64,000 nt of DNA from a virus: positions 192,001-256,000 of the IMG/VR virus record IMGVR_UViG_3300012642_000011. The stretch is one strand, 5' to 3'. The notes beneath the pieces were generated by a model, which was not told where the DNA came from, searched no databases, and saw only the letters and a program-made list of their open reading frames with translations. Below, piece after piece: positions 10,795-20,868 of this stretch (the stretch's first letter is position 1; every line of letters starts with the position of its first letter). The position numbers were made by a program, and so were the translations under genes.

Positions 10795-10850
10795 GAGACT
10801 CATCTGAAATAAATAAGAGAATCCCACTCTATACGGGTGGGATTCTTTTA
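10795..10850 (+). terminator. rho-independent terminator
   Basis: gaatcccactctatacgggtgggattc hairpin followed by tttta. Confidence 0.6.
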
Positions 10851-10996
10851 TGCCCAATTACCATTGAATTAATTTCTCACAAGAAAACTCTGATCAGAAA
10901 AATAGAAAGAAAACCAGAACGAATCTCTTAGTAAATAAAAGGATATGTTGATATTTCACAACATCAGGATAAGACAAGACAAAAGGACAAAAGACT

Positions 10997-11902
10997 ATGG
11001 ACTACCCTCTCATCATTGGCATACTCGTTGCTCTGATTTTTATCATCATAATGTATGAACTGCTTGTCCCCAAGTCAACTAGAGGACTAGTCTTCCATGA
11101 TGAGAATGCCTTCAATAAGAACCCCATTATGAAAGGATTTGCTGCGTTCGGAAACGAACTCTACACAGCATTACCTGAAGGTGTTCAAGTGGGCAACAAA
11201 GAGCGATACCCTCTCATCGAAGAATTAATTGTCAAATCAGGCAACCCATGGAACATCAACGCAAGAGAATACAAGATGATGCAAATCGTCCTTGCCGTCG
11301 TCGGTGCCATTGTCGGCGTTGCACTCTGGGCATCATTATACTTTGCACAAGGATTAACATGGTTACCATGGTGGGCATGTATTCTCGCCGGTACTGGATT
11401 GGGTTACATCACACCACACTCCAAGTATAAAGAACAAGCCAACCTCAGAGACCTTGAATTCAGAAGGCAACTACCAGAAGCCCTAGACCTTCTCATTATC
11501 ACTGTTGCATCAGGAGCCACAGTAGTCAACGGAATGAAGAACATTCTCCCTGACCTTCAGCCTGGCGTGGTTAAAGAAGAGTTCAAAAACATTGTCACCC
11601 ACGTTGAATCAGGTGGATCATTTGATGCTGCACTAGAAAACCTTGCTCTCAGAGCACCCAATGATGGTGTGGAAACATTCGTCAGGGCGCTTCAGGAAGC
11701 CAACAAGAGAGGATCAGACACTGTGGAGATCCTTGAATCCAGAGCAGAAGAATCCCGAAAAGATTTCTTCACGCTTCTAGAAAAGAAAGTTGCTACACTT
11801 TCCAGTAGGGTATTTATGATCCTCACGCCTACACTTATGCCCGCAGTTATGATTATTGCTATTGCACCATCTGCTGCATCACTTGCCGAGTCCCTTGGAT
11901 GA
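10997..11902 (+). CDS. TadB/TadC-like type II secretion F-domain membrane protein
   Basis: N-terminal TM, central cytoplasmic domain, C-terminal TM pair; position immediately upstream of CpaF-like ATPase. Confidence 0.5.
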   Translation: MDYPLIIGILVALIFIIIMYELLVPKSTRGLVFHDENAFNKNPIMKGFAAFGNELYTALPEGVQVGNKERYPLIEELIVKSGNPWNINAREYKMMQIVLAVVGAIVGVALWASLYFAQGLTWLPWWACILAGTGLGYITPHSKYKEQANLRDLEFRRQLPEALDLLIITVASGATVVNGMKNILPDLQPGVVKEEFKNIVTHVESGGSFDAALENLALRAPNDGVETFVRALQEANKRGSDTVEILESRAEESRKDFFTLLEKKVATLSSRVFMILTPTLMPAVMIIAIAPSAASLAESLG

Positions 11903-14625
11903 TTGGAGAAGAAATGAAGAAATCTATTTTTGACCGTAAGAACAATGAAAACGATAGGGACAGAGGAACCATTGGATCACACCATGATGACCCTATGAGC
12001 GAAACCACAGATGCCCCACGACGCACCACTGGACTGCCTACCAACATCAGCAAGGACTTTGTTGAAATGCTCAATGATGATGCCAGTATGAAAGAGGCAT
12101 CAGAGAAAAGAAAGCAAAGAATTCTTTCATCGCATGATAACGATCCTGTAGCAAAGGCCATTCTTGAACAAGAAGGAAGATTAAAAGAGAAGTATGCTAT
12201 GGGAGGCGCAAGAGCAAAAAGAATACTCACTACAGACATCCTCATTGATGCTCCTAAAGATTATTTCACCAAGTACTATGACTTCGTAGCGAAAGCCGTC
12301 AGTGAGGCCAGAGAAGCCATCACGGCTAGAGGATTCTCCGATCACCTTGCTGATGCACTTGACAACCCCGCTGACGAGAAAATACAAGAAGAAACATACA
12401 GGAAGATTGAAGGAATCATTTCTGAGAAAATAGAAAATTCTCCCTTCACATCTACTATTGATACTCTCATCATTAGAACACTTGCCATTAACGATATCAT
12501 GGGATTCGGAATCATTGACCCATTATGGAGAGATAAAGAAGTATCCGAAATCATCATCAATGGACCTTACGATGTGCAAATTGAAAGACACGGAAAACTT
12601 TCTCGTGTGCCAGGTGCTCAATTCATTGACACTGCGCACCTCTATGACCTTATAGAAAAAATCTATAGGACGACAGGTAAAATGCCTTCTGCAACTTCTC
12701 CTCTCGTCAAAGGAAACCTCCCCGACAAGTCACGTGTCTTTGCTGTGGACACTTCAATTGCACCTGCTGGACCCAACCTCAGCATCAGAAAGCACCCTGA
12801 AAGATACTGGACTCCTGAAGATATGGTGAAACTTGGGTCTGCCAGCGAAGAACTCATGACTTACATAGGAAACCTTATTTACAAGGGCGCATCAGTTCTG
12901 GTTGTAGGCGGAACACACTCAGGAAAAGCACTGACACTTGACACTTTGATCAACACCCCACAAGGTCAAATCTCCATGAATGACATCAAAGAAGGAGATC
13001 AGGTCATTGATCATAATGGCATCATCGGAACTGTGCAAGCAAAGTATCCACAGCCTGCACGTCAAGTGTATGCTGTTGTCTTCTCCAATAAGGAAGTCGC
13101 ATTCTGTGATCTTGAGCACAATTGGTATGTCTATGATACTGATGGTCAATCACATGTAATGACCACAGAAGAAATCATTAACAGCGGAATCAGCAACGGT
13201 GAAGGAGAATACAAATTCAGTATACCATCATTGTCTACCCCTGTAGAATATGAATCAGGAATGACTCCTGATGAATTCGCACATCATCCCTACAAGATAG
13301 GCATTTCAGTTGGAAGAAAATGCGCTCTTCCTGACTACTTAAATGACATTGATTCCCCAAACAATAACAAGTACAGGGCAAACCTCGTCCAGCATGGTAT
13401 TATTGAACGCACTGAAAGCATCGAGAAAATAAAGATCAATGCTGACAGGTATGTTGGCCCACACCACATTGAAGACCAATACAAATTCTCCTCTGTGGAA
13501 TCAAGAAGGCACCTTCTTGCAGGATTAATTGACAGCATTGGATACAGCGGCAACTCCACAGGAACATGGAACCTTAAAGTTACCTCTGAAACACTGGCAT
13601 CTGACATTCAATTCATTGCGTCCTCTCTTGGATACATTGTAGAAATCTGCACTGCAAAGAAAGAAAGTTACGTTCAAGAGGGTACACGAGTTGAAGATGT
13701 AGAACTCTGGGAAGTTAAGATCAATTCCTCAGAAACTCTTGGATACAGCCATATATGGGAAACAATGATCGAAGAGATGGACATTGAGCATCAAGCAACC
13801 AATGTCAACATTGTTTCTATTCAACCCGTTGAGGGAAGAGTTGAGGAAATGGCATGCATCACTGTGGACACACCAGAAAACACCTATACTATAGGCAATG
13901 GGTTTACCACTACTCACAACACTACTCTCCTCAATGCATTCACAGGGTTCTATAAGAACACAGTAAGAATTGTCACCATTGAAGATAACATCGAAATGAA
14001 GCCCAACCCCAAGAAAATGTTGGCTCAAGCCATGGAGACAAAACCTGCATCAAGGAGTTCAAGTTCTACACCTGTAGAGATGACAGACTTGGTAAGGGCA
14101 TCTACACAGATGAGACCTGACGTAATCATTGTTGGTGAGGTTACTGACCAAAGCGCCCTTGACCTCATGGAAGTCATGAATACAGGTCACGCCGGAGCAT
14201 CCACTGTCCACGCTAACACTGCAGGCACATCCGTCAACAGAATGATTTCTCTGGCAAAGAAATCACAATTGGTTGACTACCAGGCAGCACTGGATATGTT
14301 TGCACAGGCATTTGACATCATTGTTGTCACACAATATTCCACTGTTGACCATTCAAGAAGGATTGTGAATGTCTCAGAAGTGGGACATAGACCTACAATC
14401 ATTGATGGTATCCCTACAGTTGAAACCTACCCACTATGGAAGTTCGTCAGCAGTGGAAGAGATGCCAATGGAAAGATTCAAGGAGATTGGGTAAAAGTAC
14501 AAGATATATCTGAAAGAAAGAAAGAAGACAAGAACTTGAACATGGAAGAAGATCTCACATGGGAACAATTGAAAGAAATCAGTAGCATCCCAGAAGAGAT
14601 GCAGCCAAAAATCGAAGATGACTGA
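11899..14625 (+). CDS. CpaF/TadA/VirB11-family secretion ATPase interrupted by an intein
   Basis: Walker A VVGGTHSGK then, after 331 inserted aa, TTLLNAFTGF (canonical GxGKTTLLNAL split); downstream His-box/Asp-box region typical of the VirB11/CpaF fold. Confidence 0.8.
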   Translation: MIGEEMKKSIFDRKNNENDRDRGTIGSHHDDPMSETTDAPRRTTGLPTNISKDFVEMLNDDASMKEASEKRKQRILSSHDNDPVAKAILEQEGRLKEKYAMGGARAKRILTTDILIDAPKDYFTKYYDFVAKAVSEAREAITARGFSDHLADALDNPADEKIQEETYRKIEGIISEKIENSPFTSTIDTLIIRTLAINDIMGFGIIDPLWRDKEVSEIIINGPYDVQIERHGKLSRVPGAQFIDTAHLYDLIEKIYRTTGKMPSATSPLVKGNLPDKSRVFAVDTSIAPAGPNLSIRKHPERYWTPEDMVKLGSASEELMTYIGNLIYKGASVLVVGGTHSGKALTLDTLINTPQGQISMNDIKEGDQVIDHNGIIGTVQAKYPQPARQVYAVVFSNKEVAFCDLEHNWYVYDTDGQSHVMTTEEIINSGISNGEGEYKFSIPSLSTPVEYESGMTPDEFAHHPYKIGISVGRKCALPDYLNDIDSPNNNKYRANLVQHGIIERTESIEKIKINADRYVGPHHIEDQYKFSSVESRRHLLAGLIDSIGYSGNSTGTWNLKVTSETLASDIQFIASSLGYIVEICTAKKESYVQEGTRVEDVELWEVKINSSETLGYSHIWETMIEEMDIEHQATNVNIVSIQPVEGRVEEMACITVDTPENTYTIGNGFTTTHNTTLLNAFTGFYKNTVRIVTIEDNIEMKPNPKKMLAQAMETKPASRSSSSTPVEMTDLVRASTQMRPDVIIVGEVTDQSALDLMEVMNTGHAGASTVHANTAGTSVNRMISLAKKSQLVDYQAALDMFAQAFDIIVVTQYSTVDHSRRIVNVSEVGHRPTIIDGIPTVETYPLWKFVSSGRDANGKIQGDWVKVQDISERKKEDKNLNMEEDLTWEQLKEISSIPEEMQPKIEDD
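12928..13920 (+). mobile_element. intein (331 aa) with LAGLIDADG homing-endonuclease domain, Ala1 (KlbA/class-3-like)
   Basis: Inserted between GK and TTLLNAF of the P-loop; begins ALTLDTLI (block A with Ala1), block B-like DLEHNW, LAGLIDADG motif LLAGLIDSIG (nt 13513-13542), block F MACITVD, ends TTTHN followed by Thr+1. Confidence 0.7.
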
Positions 14626-14640
14626 TGAGAACCAAAGGCA

Positions 14641-14680
14641 GGTTGTCAGCACTAATCGCTGGCAACCTGCCTTTTCGTTG
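14641..14680 (+). terminator. rho-independent terminator
   Basis: ggcaggttgtcagcactaatcgctggcaacctgcc hairpin followed by ttttcg. Confidence 0.65.
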
Positions 14681-14748
14681 ATATATAAAATGAGTTGATT
14701 TCATCTTGAAATCCCCCAATACGAAAACGAGAAAAGGTTGACAAAGAC

Positions 14749-15711
14749 ATGACATTAGATCAACTATTACCCTACATCATCGCAATTCTTTCAGGATTAC
14801 TGGTGGTCGTAGTAGCCTATGCTGTTCAGAAGTATCTTAGACAAAATTCCCTTGATGAGAACTTTCAAGCACAATTTGAAGCAATCACAAGAGATCCTGT
14901 TGACGCTGCCGATGAAGAACTTCTTCAAAAGGAAAAAGGACTGTCCATATTGGACAGATGGAACAGAGGATGGGACAGGAGTTTTAAAGCAGCAGGATTC
15001 AAGAGGTATGCTGAAGACCCCAATAGAGCTGGAACAGATATGCTCATTCTTTCCCTCATACTCATGGTTGCAGCATCAATCTTTGCCAAGAACATTCTTG
15101 CTGGTGTCTTTGGTGTCGTCATTGGAATGTCCATTGTCGGAATGATGGCAAGAAGCGCAGCCAATAAGAAAATTGCTAGAATTGATGAACAACTCAATGG
15201 ATTCCTTTTCTCATTCAAAGCCAACATTCAATCAGGAATGTCAAATGAAATCTCCTTTATCAACATTGTAGACAAGACAAAAGATCCACTTAAAAGCGAA
15301 CTCATACCTGCTAAAAATGATATCTTGTCCAGCAAAGGATTCGTGACATCCCTCATGAACCTCAGAGCGCACACCCCATCAAAAGATCTTCAGTTCCTTT
15401 GCTCATGTCTTATTCAGGGAACACAAAGCGGATCTGGATTAGAAAACCAGATCGACAAAATCCAAGATGTCATGAAATCAAGACGAGATATCAATAATAA
15501 GATTGAAGTTGCCATGAAGGAACCCCAACCAGCCATCTGGTTGTCCAGCTTCATCCTCCCTGCCCTCTTCATCTACTCCTATACTACAAGCCCACCCGGA
15601 TTTTGGTTCGTCAACCCTTGGTCATGGTTAGCATTGGCAGGCGTTGCAATTCTTTACTTCATTGGCATCTTTGTCATGAGAAAGATGGTGGATAAGATCA
15701 AAAACTTGTGA
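14749..15711 (+). CDS. TadC-like polytopic membrane protein
   Basis: 320 aa, N-terminal TM, central soluble region, C-terminal TMs; synteny with Tad components. Confidence 0.4.
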   Translation: MTLDQLLPYIIAILSGLLVVVVAYAVQKYLRQNSLDENFQAQFEAITRDPVDAADEELLQKEKGLSILDRWNRGWDRSFKAAGFKRYAEDPNRAGTDMLILSLILMVAASIFAKNILAGVFGVVIGMSIVGMMARSAANKKIARIDEQLNGFLFSFKANIQSGMSNEISFINIVDKTKDPLKSELIPAKNDILSSKGFVTSLMNLRAHTPSKDLQFLCSCLIQGTQSGSGLENQIDKIQDVMKSRRDINNKIEVAMKEPQPAIWLSSFILPALFIYSYTTSPPGFWFVNPWSWLALAGVAILYFIGIFVMRKMVDKIKNL

Positions 15712-15758
15712 ATAAAACAGTTGATCATAAACGCCAAAAATCAAAGAAAGAGTAAACA

Positions 15759-16316
15759 ATGAAAACAAAAGAATTCCTTTTCACCATCCCAGCAAAGAAA
15801 ATCATCAACTCAAACCAATCTATTCACTTGATGGTCAAATCACAAAGAAGCGCATACCTGAGAAAGATCTCTCAGGATGCCGGTGCTTACGAGCACACTC
15901 AAAAAGAAGAAGCACAACAGTACTTAGATCGTAACAGGGGATTGCAAGAAAGAAGCAATAAAAAGGGATCAGTTACAAAGAAGATGAAGAAAGCAAACTG
16001 CACACCAGAAGAAATTGCAGAAGCAATGGAAGACATTGATAGGACGTTCCCTATTGTTGATACTCCCTCTGGACTTGAATATGAATTCAAAGGAAGATTT
16101 GAAGCAACCTGTATCATACATACTCCCACCAAAAGACACATAGACCCACCAAACCTATGGCCTACAGTAAAACCCCTCCTTGACGGGCTGACAGACAGTG
16201 GGTGGTGGGAAGACGATGATTCTACCAGATTGGTCAGAACCTCTTTTGAAAGAGGGGAGAACTCAACTTCTAAAGGGGACTACCAAATCACCATTATCAT
16301 CAAAGAAATTTCTTGA
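15759..16316 (+). CDS. hypothetical protein
   Basis: 185-aa ORF with RBS. Confidence 0.35.
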   Translation: MKTKEFLFTIPAKKIINSNQSIHLMVKSQRSAYLRKISQDAGAYEHTQKEEAQQYLDRNRGLQERSNKKGSVTKKMKKANCTPEEIAEAMEDIDRTFPIVDTPSGLEYEFKGRFEATCIIHTPTKRHIDPPNLWPTVKPLLDGLTDSGWWEDDDSTRLVRTSFERGENSTSKGDYQITIIIKEIS

Positions 16317-16376
16317 TGATATCAATGAAAAGATACTTAACTAAGACGTAAACAAAGAAGCGGAGAGAATGCCACC

Positions 16377-16847
16377 ATGGAAAAGAACTATATTACGGTC
16401 CAAATGTTCACCGATTTCTTCAACAGGAAGAGATCGATGTATGCAATTGGTGACGTTCGCCTTCCTGCACCCATCCCATTGGCATTCATGGGATGGTTCG
16501 TAGGTGGCTTAATAATTTACTCTATACCTCTGTTCCTTTTCATTGGCATAGAGAACATGTCCCTCATCAACCTTGCTATAATTCTTGGCCCACCCATTCT
16601 TTTTGCATCCATTTCGAGCAAACCTATTTTTGGAGGAAGAAGTTTCCTCGGTTTTCTCAAGTATGCTTTCTCTTACATCACATCACCTAAAGGATGGATT
16701 GACACAGAAGGATATTACAGTAAAGAGGAAGGCAATTATGTAGTCAATTCATACATCTGGATCAGCCGAAGAAGAGAATTCTATCGACTTGCCGAACTTG
16801 AAGATGAGGAAAAAAGAGCTAAAAAGAAAGATCAATCTAATTCATAA
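16377..16847 (+). CDS. membrane protein, unknown function
   Basis: 156 aa, two to three TM helices. Confidence 0.35.
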   Translation: MEKNYITVQMFTDFFNRKRSMYAIGDVRLPAPIPLAFMGWFVGGLIIYSIPLFLFIGIENMSLINLAIILGPPILFASISSKPIFGGRSFLGFLKYAFSYITSPKGWIDTEGYYSKEEGNYVVNSYIWISRRREFYRLAELEDEEKRAKKKDQSNS

Positions 16848-16914
16848 TACACTGAATCATAAATAAAAATTCTATTAAATAAAATTATTTTTCCCCAGTT
16901 AAGGAGAGATTATC

Positions 16915-18111
16915 ATGACAGTAAAATCTACCAGCCTACTCATAGGACAGACAAGCAGAGGCGTAAGGAACCCCGTCCCCTTTGACTTACACACCCCCAT
17001 AAGGAACAATCAACCACCGGGATGTGTCATCACCGGAAAACCAGGATCGGGAAAGACATACCTCCTACAATTGCTCACAACCATGTCAGCGCTGCTTGGT
17101 AAAACAACTATCGTTATTGACCTTAAAGGCGACTTCCTCAACCTGAAGCCTATTGCTGACGAAATCGGAGTAGATGCAAGATTCATTGACATTGCGAAAA
17201 AGAAAGGCGCTCTAGACCCCTTCTACATCGGAGAAAACCCAGGAGACAAACTCAGCCTTATTCTTCAAGTCATTGATACACTTGTTGGTGGCATCACACG
17301 AGATGAATCCACACTGCTCACACCAGAAATCCGAGACCTCATCCAAGCCAGTGAAAATAAAAGAAACCAGATATCACTAACCAATGTTGTCAGCAACCTC
17401 CTAAGATCCACACATAAGGATCTTGTGAACATTGGATCAGAATTAGAATCCATCAGCACACTACCCTATGCTAATCTTCTCTTTGCACCAGGTGGCGGAG
17501 CAAAAAGCAAAATTAATTACTATAAAGGTCTAACCATCTTCCCACTTATAGGACTCAAACTTCCTAACGAAGAGGACTTTGATGAAAATAATTCAAGGAG
17601 ATCAGGCGCTTCAACAAACATCAACGAAAACCTCTCATCAGCAATCATGCTCATGCTCACAGAAGTTGTTTCAAGACTCATGATGAGAGAAACGCCAGAA
17701 CCAAAGACACTGGTCATCGATGAGGCATGGGTATTGGCATCAAACAAATCAGGACAGGAATGTATTAAGAAAATCGCACTTCTAGGAAGAAGCAAGAATA
17801 TTGCTCTCGTCATGGGATCACAGAAGAACTCCCACTACAGTAATTTCGACATTGATGTGACAATCTCCACGAGATTCTGCTTCAAAACAAGTATCAAAGA
17901 AGCAGAAATGCTTGTTAAAGAAATGCAACTACCTGAAGAAGAAGGTTTTGAAAACAACCTCACAGAACTCCAAACAGGAGAATGTCTCATGATGGACTGG
18001 AAAGGAAACTACTCCACAGTACAAATCAAAACCATTAAATCATCATGGCATTACTACTTCAGAAGCGACCCACAAAAGGACGCCGCAATAAGAAGATCCA
18101 AAGGAAAATAA
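16915..18111 (+). CDS. VirB4/TrbE/HerA-like (DUF87-type) secretion/translocation ATPase, short form
   Basis: Walker A GKPGSGKT followed by VIDLKGDF, Walker B LVIDEAW, trailing LLGRSKNIALVMGSQ block typical of VirB4/TraC-type ATPase domains. Confidence 0.5.
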   Translation: MTVKSTSLLIGQTSRGVRNPVPFDLHTPIRNNQPPGCVITGKPGSGKTYLLQLLTTMSALLGKTTIVIDLKGDFLNLKPIADEIGVDARFIDIAKKKGALDPFYIGENPGDKLSLILQVIDTLVGGITRDESTLLTPEIRDLIQASENKRNQISLTNVVSNLLRSTHKDLVNIGSELESISTLPYANLLFAPGGGAKSKINYYKGLTIFPLIGLKLPNEEDFDENNSRRSGASTNINENLSSAIMLMLTEVVSRLMMRETPEPKTLVIDEAWVLASNKSGQECIKKIALLGRSKNIALVMGSQKNSHYSNFDIDVTISTRFCFKTSIKEAEMLVKEMQLPEEEGFENNLTELQTGECLMMDWKGNYSTVQIKTIKSSWHYYFRSDPQKDAAIRRSKGK

Positions 18112-18164
18112 TATGATATTGATTTCATAATGTCTGCTTCACAATACATTCAAAAGGATAAAAA

Positions 18165-19139
18165 ATGAAAAATAAACTCGGCACGAAAAGCGCCAACACA
18201 AACCTCATTATATGGATCGTCGTCCTTCTCATTGCGCTGGCAATCATGTTCCTCGTCGCACTTGTCATGAGGAACGCCACAGAAACAGACCAGTTCTACG
18301 TACTGAACACACCAGTGGCAGCAAAGAGTCAGATCACACCAGAAATGCTTGAACCAATGAACGCAGTCAAAGACCAAGCACCACCTAATGCTCTCGACAT
18401 TGGTGACATTCAAGCAGGTGGAATCTACGCTCAATACCCACTGAACAAGGGTGACATTGTCTCAGGATCAAACGTATCAGGATTCACAGATATCTCAACA
18501 GGAATCCCAGATAACTGGGTTGTCACCAACTTCGCAGTAAGCCCAGACAACGCTGTTGGCGGTAGAATCACCCGAGGCACATACTTCGACATCATGGCAT
18601 ACGATAAAGACAAGGGAGCATACTACCCCTTCGTCAACGTACTTGCACTTGACACCACTGTATCCACCAACAGCCTCTCCAGCGCACAAGCAATTGACAG
18701 CCCAGAGGCACAAGACGGACAGACACAACAATACTACGTTGGCATGTCACCTCAAGATGCAGGAAAACTTCAAGCACTCATGTCATCAGGAGACCAGATC
18801 AAACTTGTCCTCTCCCCACGACAGAATGAGTACCAGAACCCTGACCTCAACGCTTACAAGGGATTCTTCAAGTACGAGAATGACAAGGGTGAAGCCATCT
18901 GGCCAGGTAAGTCTGCAGGAGGAGAAATCACAGACTACACCTTCTCAAAGGTCGAAAGAGATGAATTCGGAAGGCCCCTACAAGGACCAGACGCTGGTAG
19001 CATAGGAAACGCTGGAATCCCAGCAAACGGAAACTCAACCGCGCCAACAGAGGACGCTCCTGAGGAATCCGCAAGCCCATCAGCATCTGAATCCACACCT
19101 ACTGAAAGCGCAAGCCCATCAGCAAGCCCCACAAGTTGA
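18165..19139 (+). CDS. CpaB/RcpC-like pilus assembly protein (SAF domain) with low-complexity Ser/Pro/Ala tail
   Basis: N-terminal TM, FYVLNTPVAAKSQITPEML SAF-like region; C-terminal ESASPSASESTPTESASPSASPTS. Confidence 0.45.
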   Translation: MKNKLGTKSANTNLIIWIVVLLIALAIMFLVALVMRNATETDQFYVLNTPVAAKSQITPEMLEPMNAVKDQAPPNALDIGDIQAGGIYAQYPLNKGDIVSGSNVSGFTDISTGIPDNWVVTNFAVSPDNAVGGRITRGTYFDIMAYDKDKGAYYPFVNVLALDTTVSTNSLSSAQAIDSPEAQDGQTQQYYVGMSPQDAGKLQALMSSGDQIKLVLSPRQNEYQNPDLNAYKGFFKYENDKGEAIWPGKSAGGEITDYTFSKVERDEFGRPLQGPDAGSIGNAGIPANGNSTAPTEDAPEESASPSASESTPTESASPSASPTS

Positions 19140-19149
19140 TAGGGAATAA

Positions 19150-19190
19150 GTAAAATAGGCGGGATGCTCATGTCCCGCCTATTTTGTTGC
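19150..19190 (+). terminator. rho-independent terminator
   Basis: aataggcgggatgctcatgtcccgcctatttt. Confidence 0.7.
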
Positions 19191-19398
19191 TTCTAAACTG
19201 AACGAATATGCTAAAATCATCATAATACAACTCTTGATATGAATCATTGGATAGCAAATAAAAACACACATAAATTAAGAACAAGACATTTAAAATAAAT
19301 ACAGTCAAGGATTCAAGCAAGAAATCACTGGACTCAAAAGAAAGAACAGATATTCACTTATAGTAAAACTGTTCGATGTAAAGACGAGAGGGAGAGGC

Positions 19399-20775
19399 AT
19401 GGTTAACAAGCCCAAAGCAGTATATATAGGACCACCTAAGATCGGTGCTGCAATTATGAAAAGAGTGACAGAATGGTCATTCGTTTACGCAGACTCCACC
19501 ATACAAGGGTTCACAGACAAACTGGACAATGATGAGATCGACAACGACATACAATGTATTCTCATCCACGATTCCCTCTACGTGCCCACAGCAGACAACT
19601 CTCCACAGCCATTCAACGTGTTTGCAGCACAGTACTCACCCTACTGCTTCTTCGGCATTCTAGAGTACCATGAGAACTACACACCAAGGATCAAGGAAGG
19701 CGTCTCATCCATCCTCAGCAACATGACAGGAGAAGATGAAACAGACCTTTACTTCATCTCAAAAGAAAACTTCAAACCAAGGCTCATCTCCAAAGTAGAA
19801 AGCTACATCTCCAAGCACGATAATGAAGTTGCCGCAATACTTGCAGGAAGAGAACCACAAAACATTGTTGACGAAGAAATCGAAACACGAAAAAGAGAAA
19901 TCGAAGACAACAATCACAGGATCGAAGAAGCCAAGTCCAAGTACCAATCAGGAGACCGTGACGGAAAAATCATTGCCTGCACCTCATCCAAGGGAGGATC
20001 AGGAAAATCAACCATCACACTTCTACTTGCAACCTACCTTGCTCATTCATCCATCCAATCTGTCAAAGACGGAGCAGAAAAAGAACCTCTCAAAATCTGC
20101 GTACTCGACCTTGACACCAAGGACGGGCAAATAGGATTCATCACAGGTGCTGTCAAGCCAACCATTACACATCTACAACGACATGGCATCACCAAAGAGA
20201 CAGTTGAACAAACTGCCATCTTCAACGACAGGCTCAAGGTTGACCTCTTCCTTGCTCCACAACGACTGCAAACAGCATTAGAGATCGAAGCAGGATTCTA
20301 CCAAGAACTCATAGCATTCCTGAGAACACAGTATGATTACGTCATCCTCGACACCTCAGTGAACTACTACGACCCCCTCCTTGGACAAGTCGCCTACCCC
20401 ATGGCAGACTTCATCATTTTCGTCACAGACATCGTGATCAACTCCATCTTCTCCATGAGCAGATGGATCACCAACGTCACCATGCCCATTGAGCGAAAAG
20501 GACTCGGAATCCCCAAAAGGAAAATCGGTATCATCATCAACAAAGCATCTACTGGTGTAAACATGCCACCAGAAAGAATCAGCAGCTTTGCAAATGGTGT
20601 CAGAATCATCACCGCAATCCCATCACAAGCCAAACTAATGGCAAACGCAGCCAACACTCAATCAATGGACCAAGCACTCAGAGACCCAACCATTAGAAAA
20701 CGAATAAGGAAGATCGCACAAGGCGTAGCAGGAAGAAACTACAAACTTGCCGAAAACTTCGCCATTGGTAGATAA
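19399..20775 (+). CDS. ParA/MinD-family ATPase with N-terminal extra domain (CpaE/TadZ-like)
   Basis: Deviant Walker A SSKGGSGKSTIT, LDLDTKDG, about 190-aa N-terminal domain as in CpaE. Confidence 0.5.
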   Translation: MVNKPKAVYIGPPKIGAAIMKRVTEWSFVYADSTIQGFTDKLDNDEIDNDIQCILIHDSLYVPTADNSPQPFNVFAAQYSPYCFFGILEYHENYTPRIKEGVSSILSNMTGEDETDLYFISKENFKPRLISKVESYISKHDNEVAAILAGREPQNIVDEEIETRKREIEDNNHRIEEAKSKYQSGDRDGKIIACTSSKGGSGKSTITLLLATYLAHSSIQSVKDGAEKEPLKICVLDLDTKDGQIGFITGAVKPTITHLQRHGITKETVEQTAIFNDRLKVDLFLAPQRLQTALEIEAGFYQELIAFLRTQYDYVILDTSVNYYDPLLGQVAYPMADFIIFVTDIVINSIFSMSRWITNVTMPIERKGLGIPKRKIGIIINKASTGVNMPPERISSFANGVRIITAIPSQAKLMANAANTQSMDQALRDPTIRKRIRKIAQGVAGRNYKLAENFAIGR

Positions 20776-20786
20776 CAATTAAATAC

Positions 20787-20836
20787 ACGACACGCAGAGG
20801 GGCCACTGATAACACTTGCTATCAGTGGCCCCTCTG
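20787..20836. terminator. bidirectional terminator between convergent genes
   Basis: cagaggggccactgataacacttgctatcagtggcccctctg 15-bp stem. Confidence 0.7.
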
Positions 20837-20868
20837 CTATGAACTCAACCATCAGGAAAATCTCAAGA

